Source of the DNA: Eledone cirrhosa | Taxonomy: Eukaryota | Reading direction: 5' to 3' | Length of the DNA: 64,000 bases | NCBI GenBank assembly: GCA_964016885.1 | Contig: OZ024741.1 | Coordinates: forward strand, 24,552,001-24,616,000 | Shown here: one piece after another, positions 49,640-63,285 of the stretch | Layout of the letters: every line of letters begins with the position of its first letter | Position numbering within the stretch: position 1 is the stretch's first letter | Translations under genes and position numbers: made by a program | The notes under the pieces: model-generated | Told to the model about the DNA's origin: nothing | Databases searched by the model: none | Seen by the model: only the letters and a program-made list of their open reading frames with translations

Positions 49640-52509
49640 AAGGAAGACATCTATGATACAAGCTGCTTGTCTTAAGTGATTTTAAAGCAAGAGCGGGGAG
49701 AAATTACCAAACATGGCACCATTTTGGTAAAGGAAATTTCACCTCCAATGAATAACTTCTGAAGCTACACACTGAATACGAATTGGCTATATATATATCC
49801 ATTTATTAAGGCTAAATAGACAGACTGTAATAAATACTTAGGCCTTTCCTGGGGAAGAATGTGTTGTCCAACACAAGTTAGTTATTAGTGACATCAGAAT
49901 AAACATGACAGGAAAATATGGAGATGGAAGGCTTAGAAATTAAAGGGACTTTCTGTTAAATATAGGTTTAGAAAGGCCCTACAGAATGCATTTGATGAGA
50001 GGAGACAAGTTAGATATGACAGAGGATAATTAGAAATTCTTATGTAACAACCTATTGTAAATTATTGATGAGACTTGTGGCTGGAGTAAATCATCAGCAA
50101 GACAGAGGATGTAACAGCACAATGGATAGAGCCATTAAGGCCAAGAGACAGGCATGGAAAGACTGGAAAAATAGGAGTAGCAGAGACCAGCATCAAGTAA
50201 CTAAGAGACAAGCTAGACGACAGGTATACATAACTTGAAGAGAGATTGAAGAAAATTTGCTGATGTAAGGATGAGGGATGTGAAGTGTTTCACATTGCAA
50301 GGTAGTGTGTAGTAAATCAGGATGTTGTTGCGGAAAAGTGTTAGAAATGTCACTGGTGCATTTAGCACCAGTGATGTTAAAAAAAAAAAGAGGCTTGATG
50401 AATGTAGAGAAAAAATGGGAGGAAGAGGGGAACCCCCCCAACTTAACCAACAGAAGGACCAGTTATTGAATTTGACAGTTATGGGGTCAAAGAAATAACC
50501 AAGGAGATGAAGAAGGGTAAAGCTGCAGGACCATCAGAGATAATTGCTGAGATGCTAAAAGCATTGGGAAAAGTAGGAGCCCAGCTAGTAACCTGCATAG
50601 TTAATCAGGTAATACAGGGCAGAGTCATACCCAATGATTGGCGCAGCAGTACAATCTGAAATTGCCACAAGGGCAAATGCTCTAGAAAGGAGCAACTATA
50701 GAGGGATAAAACTACTGGACCAAGTTATGAAAACACAACTAATTAGGGAAAGAGTCAAATTAGAGATGAAGTTTGGTTTGGGAAAAGTATTACAGATGCT
50801 CTCTTCTTAGTGAGACAACTACAAGAGAAGTTCCTAGCCAAGATCTAGAAAAGGCCTTTGGCAATCTGTTATCAGGTGGTCCTTCAGAAAATGGTATAGA
50901 AGAACGGCTTGTGAGAGCAGTACAAGTAACATACGGAGCTGTCAGCAAAGTGAGAGTAGGAAGTGAGTTTAGTGAGGAATTAAAGATACAGTTAGGAGTT
51001 TATCAGAGTTCAGTTCTCAGCTGACTGCCGTTCATGATACTTGTCCAGGCCATAACAGAGGAATTTAAGATTGGCTGCCCATGAGAACTTCTCTATACGA
51101 ATGATCTGGTCCATATAGCTGAATCCATCAAAGAACTAGAGAAAAAGTTTTGACTATGGAAATAGAATTTGGAAATCAAAAGGCTGAGAGTAAATTTAGC
51201 CAAAACTAAAGTGCTAGTAAATAAGAAAATAGGACCCTGATTCCTTCAGGGAAGTGGCTCTGCTTAATATGTAGAAAAGAAGTAGGCATAATCTCTACAC
51301 AATGTAAGATCAGAAAACAACACAGCTCCCATGACTTTCGTAGACATTTTTTCACGCTCAGAGTTGCTGAAGCATGGAACAAACTGCCTGCGTCAATTGT
51401 TAGCTGCCGAGACACTGCATCCTTTAAGACACTCATGCTTCCCAAAATACGCCAAAACTACACCTGATGTACCCCTTCCATACACATGCACACGTGTGTA
51501 TCATGACTCATGCACTGTTCATTTTACTGATGTTTGTGCATTGCCCTATGTACTGTACATGCACTTTTTTGATGAGTTGTGGTGCACCTGGGCACTGTAC
51601 ACAATATTTCATTATTGTTATTATATCATGACTCATACACTGTTCATTTTCCTGACACTTTATTATTCTATGTACTATACATGCACCTTTGATGAGTTGT
51701 AGTGCACCTGAGCACTGTACACAATAATTTCATTATTATTATTATAAATTTTGGATATACAAGAGATATAGTGGGATAACAGGTAGACTAACGGGAAGGG
51801 ATGACTCATTGTAGAAAATGCACAGGAGTAATCAAAGGGCAGCAGTGATATAAACCTCTTCAAGTCACAGGAAGGATCTCTAGAAGTGGTTGATAGCTTC
51901 TGCTATCTAGGTGACCTAATTAGCAGTGGAGGAGGGTACACTGAGAGCATAATAGCTAGAATAAGGATACAATGAAAGAAGTTTAGAGGGCTACTCCCAC
52001 TGTTGACAACAAAAGGTTTCTCCCTGTGTACAAAAGAACAGCTGTATGACACCTATGTGTGAAGTGGTGCTGTTGCATGGTAGTGAAACATGGACTGTGA
52101 CTGTAGAGGACATGTGGTGCTACATGGTAGTTAAACATGGGCTGTGACTACAGAGGACATGTATAGACTGGAGAGAAATGAAACAACCATACTCTGTTGG
52201 ATGTGCAATATAAGTGTGGGAGAAAGGCAGAGCTTGAATGAACTGAGGGAGAAACTGGGTTTAAGAGAAATCTGATGTGGTGTGCAAGAGAGAAGAGTGC
52301 GTTGGTACGGTCATGTGATGTGCATGAATGATGATTGCTGCTTTAAGTGCCAGGAAGCTGCAACAGAGGTAGACCAAAGAAGACCTGGGAGGTGGTAAGA
52401 GCTGATCTCAAAGAGATGAAGGAATGCAACAAATGAAGAGCTACTGTGCTGAGAAGGACCTGTCCAATTAATTCAAATGTGGAAAACAGACATAAAAATG
52501 ATGATGATA
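49640..52509 (+). mobile_element. Decayed long RTE LINE with a nested CR1 3' fragment (51308-51745)
   Basis: NYRGIKLL, DLEKAF, ELLYTNDLV (YADD region), VVDSFCYLGD, HGSETW, (GAT)n tail. The CR1 insert reads FFTLRVAEAWNKLP. Confidence 0.85.
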
Positions 52510-52548
52510 TATTATACACCAACATAATGTATAAAGTTATACATAAAA

Positions 52549-53194
52549 CTAGCTGAGGTACCTGGCTTTGCTCGGGAGAATAGTTAAGAGAAGACGAATA
52601 AAAGAGAAAACAACTGTATTGGATGTGTCGTCTGGTTTACAGTATGAGGTGAGACCGTAATATGTGTCTGCGTGAGAGAGCCATAAAAAATAAACAATTA
52701 TAAAACTTCCTTATTAGGCTGGGGGAGTAAACTGCCGATTAAATTGTAGCATCGGCCTTGGATTTTAAATGTTGTGAAATAACCATAGTCAGTATGATCT
52801 TTTTCAGCTGCAAAGGACGTCATCTGAAACACAGCAATATACTGCATAACATTGCTTCTGATGTGTTTAGCTTCGTTAGTATGGACTCTAAGTAGTATAT
52901 GGATAAAAGCTGGAAGGTAAATTAATTAAGTAGTATCAATTTTTCTTTGTTCTGTAAAATCAAAGATTGCAAAACGATTTTATAAAAGCTAACGCAATAT
53001 TGTTAAACCTTCCTATAGATCAAAGTATTTATAGTTTAAGCAATTTCTAGACTTTTGTGGGATGTTACTCCCTCTGATTATCTAACACTTTAATTGCATC
53101 TCTCTCTTTAGATGTATGTGTATGTGTGTAGCTTTCGTGCAATTCAACCAACCAACCAATAAACATCTCTCTTTTATATGATATATACTGTAGA
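52549..53194 (-). mobile_element. Non-autonomous Helitron, same family as 49079-49628
   Basis: Reverse-complement homology along its length; CTAG end, hairpin and A|TC start on the - strand. Confidence 0.75.
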
Positions 53195-53744
53195 TGACAA
53201 GAGTTCTTAAAACATTTAATTCTTTATAATTGTTTCAGTGGGGGCACGTGACCAAGAGGTAAGGGTGTTGGATGTACAATCATATCATGGGTTCGATTCC
53301 TGGGTTGGTTTGTGTCACTTCATTTCACGTTGCTCCAGTATATGAGAGTGAGTAGCAGCAATAGTGGGGGGTTCAACCGTGATGGTCAGGCATTATGTCC
53401 AGGAGGAAGTCTTGTACTCTCAGTCACTTCACACCACAAAACCGGGATAAACACAGGAATAAGTGGGCGAAGAAGACAATTGTTTCAACACATTCTTCAA
53501 TGTAATATATAGCCAGGATAGACATAATAGAAGAAATAATACTAATAATAATTGTTTCTACTTTTGGCACAAAGCCAGCAATTACTGGTACTTTATTTTA
53601 TCGACCCCGTAAGGATGAAAGGCAAAGTTAACCTCGGTGGGATTTGAACTCAGACCAACAAAGGCCGTAACTCTTTGCTGCAAAGCATGGCGTCCGACCC
53701 TCTACCGATACTGCCAATCCACCATATTATTATACTAATAATTA

Positions 53745-54071
53745 TACATATAAAAATGAGAAAACTCATCACTAGAACAGCTACAGCTGTTAAAGACAGC
53801 GATGGGCAAAAATGCCTCGGAGGACAGAGACCAGCAGTCAACAGCGAGACTATCTACAAGGTGGGTGACAGGCAGATGAAATATAGAAAACAATTGTCCC
53901 CCTCCTCTTTCAATCTTTTCTATATATCATCTGCCTGTCACCCACCTTGTGGAGTGTCTCTGTTGACCACTGACCACCAAGGCAATTTTGCCCATCACTG
54001 TCTTTGACAGCATTTGGCTGTTTTAACAGCTGTTCTAGAGATGAGTTTTCTATATTTATTTTTTAGATGTA
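53745..54071. mobile_element. Palindromic MITE-like element
   Basis: gaaaactcatcactagaacagct...caaggtgggtgacaggcagatga is mirrored by tcatctgcctgtcacccaccttg...agctgttctagagatgagttttc. Confidence 0.75.
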
Positions 54072-54371
54072 TTCAAATACACTGTCGCTTCGTCTCGATT
54101 AGAGACATTGTTTTTCATTTAACTAAAAAATGATTTCTACTATAGGCACACAGCCAACAATTTTGGGGGAGGGGAAAGTCGATTAAATTGACCCCGTAAG
54201 GATGAAAGGCAAAGCTAACCTCAACAGGATTTGAACTCAGAACATAAAGGGCCGTAACTCTATGCTGCAAAGCATGTTGTCCGACGCTCTACCGATTCTG
54301 CCAATCCACCACCCTTTTCATTTAACTTGTATTTGTTTTAAGTACTATATATATCCCACTTCTCTATTTAA

Positions 54372-54566
54372 CCCTTTAGCATTTAAATCGGCCAGAATTC
54401 CCTCACCTCTTTCTGTTCAAACTGGCTGTAACTAGCCACTCATGTCTAGGTTAAGGTATTGTTCTCAAAATAAATATCAAAATCTCATAGATTCAATATT
54501 ATGTAAGCTAAAGCCTTTACTGCGAAAATACAATAATAAACATAAAGTAATGTGAATACTAAAGGG
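54372..54566. mobile_element. piggyBac-type MITE (opposite orientation)
   Basis: TTAA|CCCTTTAGCA...CTAAAGGG|TTAA. Confidence 0.8.
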
Positions 54567-55702
54567 TTAAACACAGTGGAGTTTTCTTGAGGTATGTAAA
54601 CTTCATGGGATTGATTTTCTGTACCCAAAACAATTTTCTGTTCAGTATAAAGAATTTGTAAAAAAAACAAACCATGTGTTGTTCATTATAGGTGGCTTGC
54701 TCTAGGTGATTTCTTTATATGGTGAGTTTCTTGTGGGAACCTGTTGGAGGGGGAGGTCCTTAGAATGGGAGGCTATATGGTGAGTTTCTTGGCATGGTTT
54801 CTATGGTTCGATGCCCTTCCTAATGTCAGTGTGTACAGGGTTTGGTTTCTCACAGAACTACCACTACCACTTGATAAGGTGGAATTGGTGCTTTTTTTCC
54901 ACACCATCAGCGCTATTACTTTACAGTGTGGGATGTGTACATCCAAGCAACAGCACTATCACTATTGGGTGAACCAGGTGCCTTTTATCGTGTATTGTGA
55001 TACCAGCACCTTCACCTACCTGTGTGGGCTGAGCTCTGAGCACATTTCATTGTGGTATCAATATTCAAATATTTCAACACTAGCATGCTTTGCATCCTAG
55101 GCAGGACTAGGGGGGGGGGTCCTTAGAATGGGAGTCTGTATGGTGAGTTTCTTGTGGGATCCTGTTAAAGGGGAGGGGGGTGTCCTTAGAACGGGAGTCT
55201 AGAAACTAAGTTTCTCCAGACCTATAAATAATCTATATTCTACATATACTCCATGTCATGTGGATTTTTTCCTGTTTAATTTTGTTGATATATCCCATGT
55301 AGCAGCATTGTGATATATTCCATGTAGCAGTCTCTTGTGACATATCTCATGTAGCTGTCAGTTGTTATATATCTCATGTAGCACTCTGTTGTATATCTCA
55401 TGTAACAGTATATTCCATGTAGTTGTCTGTTATTATATATCCTATGTAGCAGTCAGTTGTTATATATCTCATGTAGCTATCAGTTGTGATATATCTCATG
55501 TAGCAGCCCGTTGTTATATATACCATGTAGCAGTATGTTGTCATACATCTCATGTAGCAATCTTGTGATATATCCCATGTAGCTGTCTGTTATATATCTC
55601 ATGTGGATGGAAAATCAATAATTTTTCAAGGTTGTCTTGATTTTTTTCTTAAATCTGAAAAATGAATAATTGAGGAAGGAGGGACGATGGCTGGAGACCT
55701 GA

Positions 55703-56095
55703 GATCTATCTCTATACTTACCTGTCTGCCATTCTCTATATTTACCTGTCTGCCATTCCCTATATCTATCTCTATATTTACCTGTCTGCCATTCCCTATA
55801 TCTATCTCTATATTTACCTGTCTGCCATTCCCTATATCTATCTCTATATTTACCTGTCTGCCATTCTCTATCTCTATATTTACCTGTCTGCCATTCTCTA
55901 TCTCTATATTTACCTGTCTGCCATTCCCTATATCTATCTCTATATTTACCTGTCTGCCATTCCCTATATCTATCTCTATATTTACCTGTCTGCCATTCTC
56001 TATATCTATCTCTATCTCTATATTTACCTGTCTGCCATTCCCTATATCTATCTCTATATTTACCTGTCTGCCATTCTCTATATCTATCTGTCTAT
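55703..56095. repeat. 30-42 bp minisatellite (a degenerate repeat also at 55288-55603)
   Basis: Unit tatatttacctgtctgccattccctatatctatctc. Confidence 0.9.
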
Positions 56096-56717
56096 AACAA
56101 CCACCAAAATATTTATAAAACAAACAATATAACATCCATGAGCCTTGGTTGGTCTCGTTTGGGGATGTAATCACATCTCCAATACTATGGACATGAGGTT
56201 AGAATGTCTCAGGAAAGAATTGCTGGAAAGATTTTATGGGCAAAACCAACCAGCAGGACACCCAGGGGTAGACCTGGAACAAGATGGTTGGATAACATCC
56301 ATGAGCTTAATTGGTCTCACTTGGGGATCCAGCCAGATCAGTTGGAGATGGTTGCATCTGACAGGATTCGCTGGAAGGAATGTTTAAGGACTCTGCTCCT
56401 ACGACCCTCTCAGAAATAAGTTGGGCAAAGAACAACAACAATATAACATGACAAAGCAACAAATCAAAAGAACAATGGAATAATTTACCAAGTCATTCCC
56501 TGTAGCATATGTAGCTTTTACTGAAAATATGTCTAGACAAGGTTTTATAAACAACACCTCCATTAATTTAAATCATTCATAGTGTCATTGGCACTGAATT
56601 GATGGTGCTTTGGGAGATTCTTCTCAAAAACAGCTTCTACAACTTGATTTTGAGTTTCTTGCCAGTTGGGTGGGCGACTTTTTATTTTCATTTTTTTTTT
56701 ACTTTACTAATTTTTAA

Positions 56718-57118
56718 AAATGTAGATTTGGCAGGGTGAGAAAACAATGCCCCCCCCCCTCTCTCTCTCCAATGTAGATTTGGCAGGGTGAAAAAACAAT
56801 GTTTTTCCCCCTCTCTCCAATGTACATTTGGCAGGGTGAGAAAACAATGTTTTTCCCCCTCTCTCCAATGTACATTTGGCAGGGTGAGAAAACAATGTTT
56901 TCCCCCCTCTCTCCAATGTACATTTGGCAGGGTGAGAAAACAATGTTTTCCCCCCTCTCTCCAATGTACATTTGGCAGGGTGAGAAAACAATGTTTTTCC
57001 CCCTCTCTCCAATGTACATTTGGCAGGGTGAGAAAACAATGTTTTCCCCCCTCTCTCCAATGTAGATTTGGCAGGGTGAGAAAACAATGTTTTCCCGCCT
57101 CTCTCCAATGTAGATTTG
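56718..57118. repeat. 48-bp minisatellite, about 8 copies
   Basis: Unit ctctctccaatgtacatttggcagggtgagaaaacaatgttttcccc; 16-aa periodic ORFs. Confidence 0.93.
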
Positions 57119-57901
57119 CACAAGCACCACACACACAAACTTGTGTTCAGCAGAGTGGAGGGGATATAAGTTCTTGGCATTTTGTTAAATTGAAATTAAA
57201 ATTTTTAAATAAATAAAACATATGCCATTAATTAAAAAGTAATATAAATAAAAATTGTATAAAGTAAAATATAAAAGTCATAAAATCTGAAGCCTGCAAA
57301 AATAGAAAAGTGAAGTGTGAGTGAAGTGTGAGTGAAGGCATAGCACTTGCAAGAGAAAGAATGTTTTTCTTCAACAACAAAATAATAATAATGGTTTCTG
57401 ATTTAGACACAAGGCCAGCAATTTGGGGAGGGGGGGGAGGAGGAAGGCAACAGTAGATTAAATCAACTCCAGTGCATTACTGGTACTTTATTTTATTGAC
57501 GCCAAAAGGATGAAAGGCAAAGTAGAGCTTGGCGGGATTTGAACTCAGAACGTAAAGGGCTGCAACTATATGTTGCAAAGCCCTACCGCTACTGATAATA
57601 ATAATGATTTCTACTTTAGGCACAAGACCAGCAATTACCCAGTGTATTACTGGTACTTTATTTTATCGACCATGTAAGGATGAAAGACAAAGTTAACCTT
57701 GGCGGGATTTGAACTCAGACCGTAAAGGGCCGTAACTCTAAGCTGCATGGCATGGCATCTGACCCTCTACCGATACTGCCAATTCACCGCCCTAATAATA
57801 ATTATGGTGGTATAGTAAATTAAAATTTACATGAGTGTATGACAGCCAACTCCCAAATGTATGAAAGTTAAGAGGGACCTTGATGTAAAGAGATGAAAGT
57901 A

Positions 57902-58819
57902 CAGAGTTGCTCAGTTTTTTGAGAAAATGTCTTTTAATAGCTCTAACATTTATCTAACTTGTTCTGATTATCATTTCTTTTCAGATAAATGATGGCAGAT
58001 AGCAAACTAACTCAGAAAATGAAAAGGCAAGCTGTGATTGTTGGTAGGGCATAGTGATTTAGAGATTGTTTGCTTCCTGGAAGTTGCACGGTTGTTTGTT
58101 GTCAAAGTTTGTAAAGAGATGGAAGCTGCTGACAAAGATTCAACAGCAGGAGCCAAACGAAAAACACCTGTTATGGGTCCTAGTAACATCAGAACACCCA
58201 AATTTGTACGAAAATTTGCAGAAAATTATTGATAAGAACTCCAGAAAGTCAATTAGTGTCATACCTAAGAAGCTCAAGGTTTTAAAACACATTATCGAAA
58301 GAATTGTTCACAAGGACCTTCGATACAAGTCATATGTGAATTGGAGAGGCCAATTCAGGCATGTAAAGTCAAAAGATCAGCATCTGATCCATCAAAGCAC
58401 TTATTGAGACAGTTGAAACATCAAGAACCTGGAATGCTATGGCTTTTATCTGATGAAAAAAACTTTGATCAGGACCAAAATGGTCAACTGAAGGAATGAC
58501 AGATGGTTATGCTGAGACCCTAAAGCTGTTCCAGTGGTCATGCACATTCAGTTTCTGGCAACTGCGATAGTTCTGGGAGTCATGAGCATCAAAGGAGATG
58601 TCATACCGCCGTTTCCTTCCTCAGGGTTTAAGGATCTATGCTGCTGACTATAAGGAAGTGTTGAAGAGGGTTTTGAGGCCTTGGATAGAGAGCATGAGCA
58701 AAGAAAGACAACAAAATGTTGCACAGTTTCAAAGCAAAGATAACCCAAGAATGGATGAGTTACAATCTCCATGATGACATTACTGCAAACATATATCTTC
58801 AAAAAACTGAGTAACCCTG
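57902..58819 (+). mobile_element. Internally deleted Tc1/mariner-superfamily transposon relic
   Basis: TA|CAGAGTTGCTCAGTTTTTT...AAAAAACTGAGTAACCCTG|TA TIRs. Frameshifted transposase pieces: RIVHKDLRYKSY, WLLSDEKNFDQDQ, NDRWLC, VLGVMSIKGDVIPP. Confidence 0.85.
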
Positions 58820-59010
58820 TAAATAATCCAAGGATCAGTCCAACACTACACCAGGTCTAAACACCTCAAGGAACTGTCCAGTACCACTATTAGTTTACCA
58901 TCTGCTATAATAATAAGTCTCAGATTCATTGGAGAGACGGGGTAGAGGTGATCAAATCAACTACTGTATATTACTAGTAATTATTTGTTCACCTGAACTG
59001 GAGTGATGAC

Positions 59011-61253
59011 AGGTAAAGTTATACCTGACAGGAGGAGAGTGGGGTATAATCCTATACTGTGACATATTACTGAGGGGAAGGGATGTAAGGTAAAGTTGTA
59101 CCTGACAGGAGGAGAGTGGGGTATAGTCCTTTACTGTGACATATTACTGAGGGGAAGGGATGTAAGGTAAAGTTGTACCTGACAGGAAGAGAATGGGGTA
59201 TAGTCCTATACTGTGACATATTACTGAGGGGAAGGGATGTAAGGTAAAGTTGTACCTGACAGGAGGAGAGTGGGGTATAATCCTATACTGTGACATATTA
59301 CTGAGGGGAAGGGATGTAAGGTAAAGTTGTACCTGACAGGAGGAGAGTGGGGTATAGTCCTTTACTGTGACATATTACTGAGGGGAAGGGATGTAAGGTA
59401 AAGTTATACCTGACAGGAAGAGAATGGGGTATAGTCCTATACTGTGACATATTACTGAGGGGAAGGGATGTAAGGTAAAGTTGTACCTGACAGGAGGAGA
59501 GTGGGGTATAATCCTATACTGTGACATATTACTGAGGGGAAGGGATGTAAGGTAAAGTTGTACCTGACAGGAGGAGAATGGGGTATAGTCCTATACTGTG
59601 ACATATTACTGAGGGGAAGGGATGTAAGGTAAAGTTGTACCTGACAGGAGGAGAATGGGGTATAGTCCTTTACTGTGACATATTACTGAGGGGAAGGGAT
59701 GTAAGGTAAAGTTGTACCTGACAGGAGGAGAATGGGGTATAGTCCTTTACTGTGACATATTACTGAGGGGAAGGGATGTAAGGTAAAGTTGTACCTGACA
59801 GGAGGAGAATGGGGTATAGTCCTTTACTGTGACATATTACTGAGGGGAAGGGATGTAAGGTAAAGTTGTACCTGACAGGAGGAGAATGGGGTATAGTCCT
59901 TTACTGTGACATATTACTGAGGGGAAGGGATGTAAGGTAAAGTTGTACCTGACAGGAGGAGAATGGGGTATAGTCCTTTACTGTGACATATTACTGAGGG
60001 GAAGGGATGTAAGGTAAAGTTGTACCTGACAGGAGGAGAATGGGGTATAGTCCTTTACTGTGACATATTACTGAGGGGAAGGGATGTAAGGTAAAGTTGT
60101 ACCTGACAGGAAGAGAGTGGGGTATAGTCCTTTACTGTGACATATTACTGAGGGGAAGGGATGTAAGGTAAAGTTGTACCTGACAGGAAGAGAGTGGGGT
60201 ATAGTCCTTTACTGTGACATATTACTGAGGGGAAGGGATGTAAGGTAAAGTTGTACCTGACAGGAGGAGAGTGGGGTATAGTCCTATACTGTGACATATT
60301 ACTGAGGGGAAGGGATGTAAGGTAAAGTTGTACCTGACAGGAGGAGAGTGGGGTATAGTCCTTTACTGTGACATATTACTGAGGGGAAGGGATGTAAGGT
60401 AAAGTTATACCTGACAGGAGGAGAGTGGGGTATAGTCCTATACTGTGACATATTACTGAGGGGAAGGGATGTAAGGTAAAGTTGTACCTGACAGGAAGAG
60501 AGTGGGGTATAGTCCTATACTGTGACATATTACTGAGGGGAAGGGATGTAAGGTAAAGTTGTACCTGACAGGAAGAGAGTGGGGTATAGTCCTATACTGT
60601 GACATATTACTGAGGGGAAGGGATGTAAGGTAAAGTTGTACCTGACAGGAGGAGAATGGGGTATAGTCCTATACTGTGACATATTACTGAGGGGAAGGGA
60701 TGTAAGGTAAAGTTGTACCTGACAGGAAGAGAGTGGGGTATAGTCCTTTACTGTGACATATTACTGAGGGGAAGGGATGTAAGGTAAAGTTGTACCTGAC
60801 AGGAAGAGAATGGGGTATAGTCCTATACTGTGACATATTACTGAGGGGAAGGGATGTAAGGTAAAGTTATACCTGACAGGAGGAGAGTGGGGTATAGTCC
60901 TTTACTGTGACATATTACTGAGGGGAAGGGATGTAAGGTAAAGTTGTACCTGACAGGAAGAGAGTGGGGTATAGTCCTATACTGTGACATATTACTGAGG
61001 GGAAGGGGTGTAAGGTAAAGTTGTACCTGACAGGAAGAGAGTGGGGTATAGTCCTATACTGTGACATATTACTGAGGGGAAGGGATGTAAGGTAAAGTTG
61101 TACCTGACAGGAGGAGAATGGGGTATAGTCCTTTACTGTGACATATTACTGAGGGGAAGGGATGTAAGGTAAAGTTGTACCTGACAGGAAGAGAGTGGGG
61201 TATAGTCCTATACTGTGACATATTACTGAGGGGAAGGGATGTAAGGTAAAGTT
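59011..61253. repeat. 77-bp satellite, about 29 highly similar copies
   Basis: Unit aggtaaagttgtacctgacaggaggagagtggggtatagtcctatactgtgacatattactgaggggaagggatgta. Confidence 0.97.
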
Positions 61254-61805
61254 CTTCAGCCATTAAGTACAAAGCCAGAAATGTTCAGGAGGGAAAAGCT
61301 GAATGTATTAACTCAGTACTTGTCTCCTATATTATTTTATTAAACCTCGGAAAGTTCACCTCAGCAGTATTCAAATTTTGAAAACACAAAAAGCTGAAGC
61401 AAATACAAGGCATTTTATCTGATAGCCTAATAATTCAGCTAATTCACTGCCCCACATAATAATAATAATAATGAAAATAATGGTTTCTGATTTAGGCACA
61501 AGACCAACAATTTTTGGGGAAAGGGAAAGTCGATTAAATCTACACCAGTACATAACTGGTACTTTATTTTACCGACCCTGTAGGATGAAAGGCAAAGCTA
61601 ACCTCAGCGGGATTTGAACTCAGAACGCAAAGGGTCGTAACTCTATGCCGCTAAGCATGTTGTCCGACGCTCTACCAAATAATAATAATAAGAAGGAGAA
61701 GAAAGAAGAAGGTAGAAGATGCTGATGATGATAATAGATTGGAGAAACTGATAGAGGTGGACATCAGCAAAAGTTATTTAGTGAAATCAGTGAGTTTAGA
61801 TAAGT

Positions 61806-61947
61806 TTATATGTTGTGAGATGTTTTGGGATTGTCCCTTGGGTTGAGAGGAAAACAATTTTTCAACAACTCAGTTTCTCTCAGACAGACAGTCAACTCTG
61901 AAATGTGAGATTCCACTTCTTCCCACCATGACATGAAAAACTTAAAC
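61806..61947 (-). CDS. Putative terminal coding exon of an unidentified gene
   Basis: Acceptor aattttag|G, then FKFFMSWWEEVESHISELTVCLRETELLKNCFPLNPRDNPKTSHNI*; non-repetitive sequence. Confidence 0.35.
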
Positions 61948-62079
61948 CTAAAATTTTCACAATATAATAATATCAGGGATAACACCTTTGGGATCACTGA
62001 CCTAGGATGATCCCAGTCCCATCAAGCAAGAGCAAAGAAGAAAGGTGTTGTAGTTTTCTTGAAGCACTGTGTAAAGTAC

Positions 62080-62416
62080 AGAAAATAGTATTCTGTTTAA
62101 AGGTTACTTCAATGTGAACTTGATGGTAAATGATAAAAATATAACAATATAGGCCCTTATATTTCAAGATAAATTCCCTTCATCAAAAGATTAATAGAAG
62201 AAATTAGCTTGAAGTTACATATTTATTGTTACTCTTAAGCTGTCCAACAAAAAAATATACAGCTCCAAACTAGTTTCTTCTATTAATCTTTTGAAAAAGA
62301 AGATTTTAACCTGAAATATATAAGAAACTATAAATAACAGCATCATTGTTATCATATTTTTAATATTTCCCATTCAATTCTCATTGTGGTAGCCTTCAAA
62401 GAAAACACTATTTTCT
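62080..62416. repeat. Diverged AT-rich palindrome (MITE-like)
   Basis: tcaaaagattaatagaagaaa is mirrored by tttcttctattaatcttttga; termini agaaaatagt / actattttct. Confidence 0.7.
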
Positions 62417-63216
62417 ATAATAATATCAATAAGAATGTCAATGTGATGATGATGATAATAATAATAATATTGATACTAATAAATAATAATGAGTAACAAA
62501 AGTGTTAGAACATTTGACTAAATACTTTGTTTCAGTTCTCAGTCCTGAGTTACTATCAACTTGTCCTTTTGGGGTTGTCAAATAAAGTACCAGTCTAGGC
62601 CAGTGATTTGGCAGATATGATACCTTGCAATATCTCTTTCAACCAATTGCATACTGAGTTTGCCTGCAACATCACTGGCACCATTGGGTGTCGCTATCCC
62701 CCTTGAATAACAGCAATTGAGGGAGAGAATTGCATGCATGGGCAACTGCAGGTCTGCCACAAAAATCCTTGATGAAGCTTGTACCTTGGAGAGGAACCTT
62801 CCAGTTGCAGATCCATGGTCTCATAAGACATACTGAAGCCCCTTATTTAGGCACAAGGCCAACCATTTTGGGGAAGGAGAAAGTCGATTAAATCAACCCT
62901 AGCGTTACTGGTATTTTATTTTATCGACCCCGTAAGGATGAAAGGTAAAGCTAACCTTGGCGGGATTAGAACTCAGAACGTAAAGGGACGTAACTCTATG
63001 CCACAAAGTATATTGTCCAACGCTCTACCGATACTGCCAATCCACTGCCCTAATAATAATAATAACAATAACAATGATAATGAATAATGATAATTCTAAA
63101 ACACACACACACAGACATACAGACACACACACTCACGTGCACACAGAGATATAATATTTTGCAGAGTAAGTTATCTGTCTGGTGAAATGACAGCTGATAT
63201 CCCAGTGGTCCAATAC

Positions 63217-63285
63217 CCAGTATCATACAGTTGTTCCTTCATCTCACTGTCATCAACTGCATACCTCAATTGTATGGCCAAATCC
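63217..63285 (-). CDS. Putative internal coding exon of the same unidentified gene
   Basis: Acceptor ttgttatttcag|G, then DLAIQLRYAVDDSEMKEQLYDTG. The donor GG|GTATTG is phase-compatible with 61806-61947; alternatively the frame reads on to TAA at 63171. Confidence 0.35.

Noticed and set aside
38479-58460. Other CTGATGA occurrences (e.g. 38479, 44461, 58450)
   Set aside because: No accompanying stem II-GAAA-stem III-UH-stem I arrangement; 58450 is the transposase SDEK codons.
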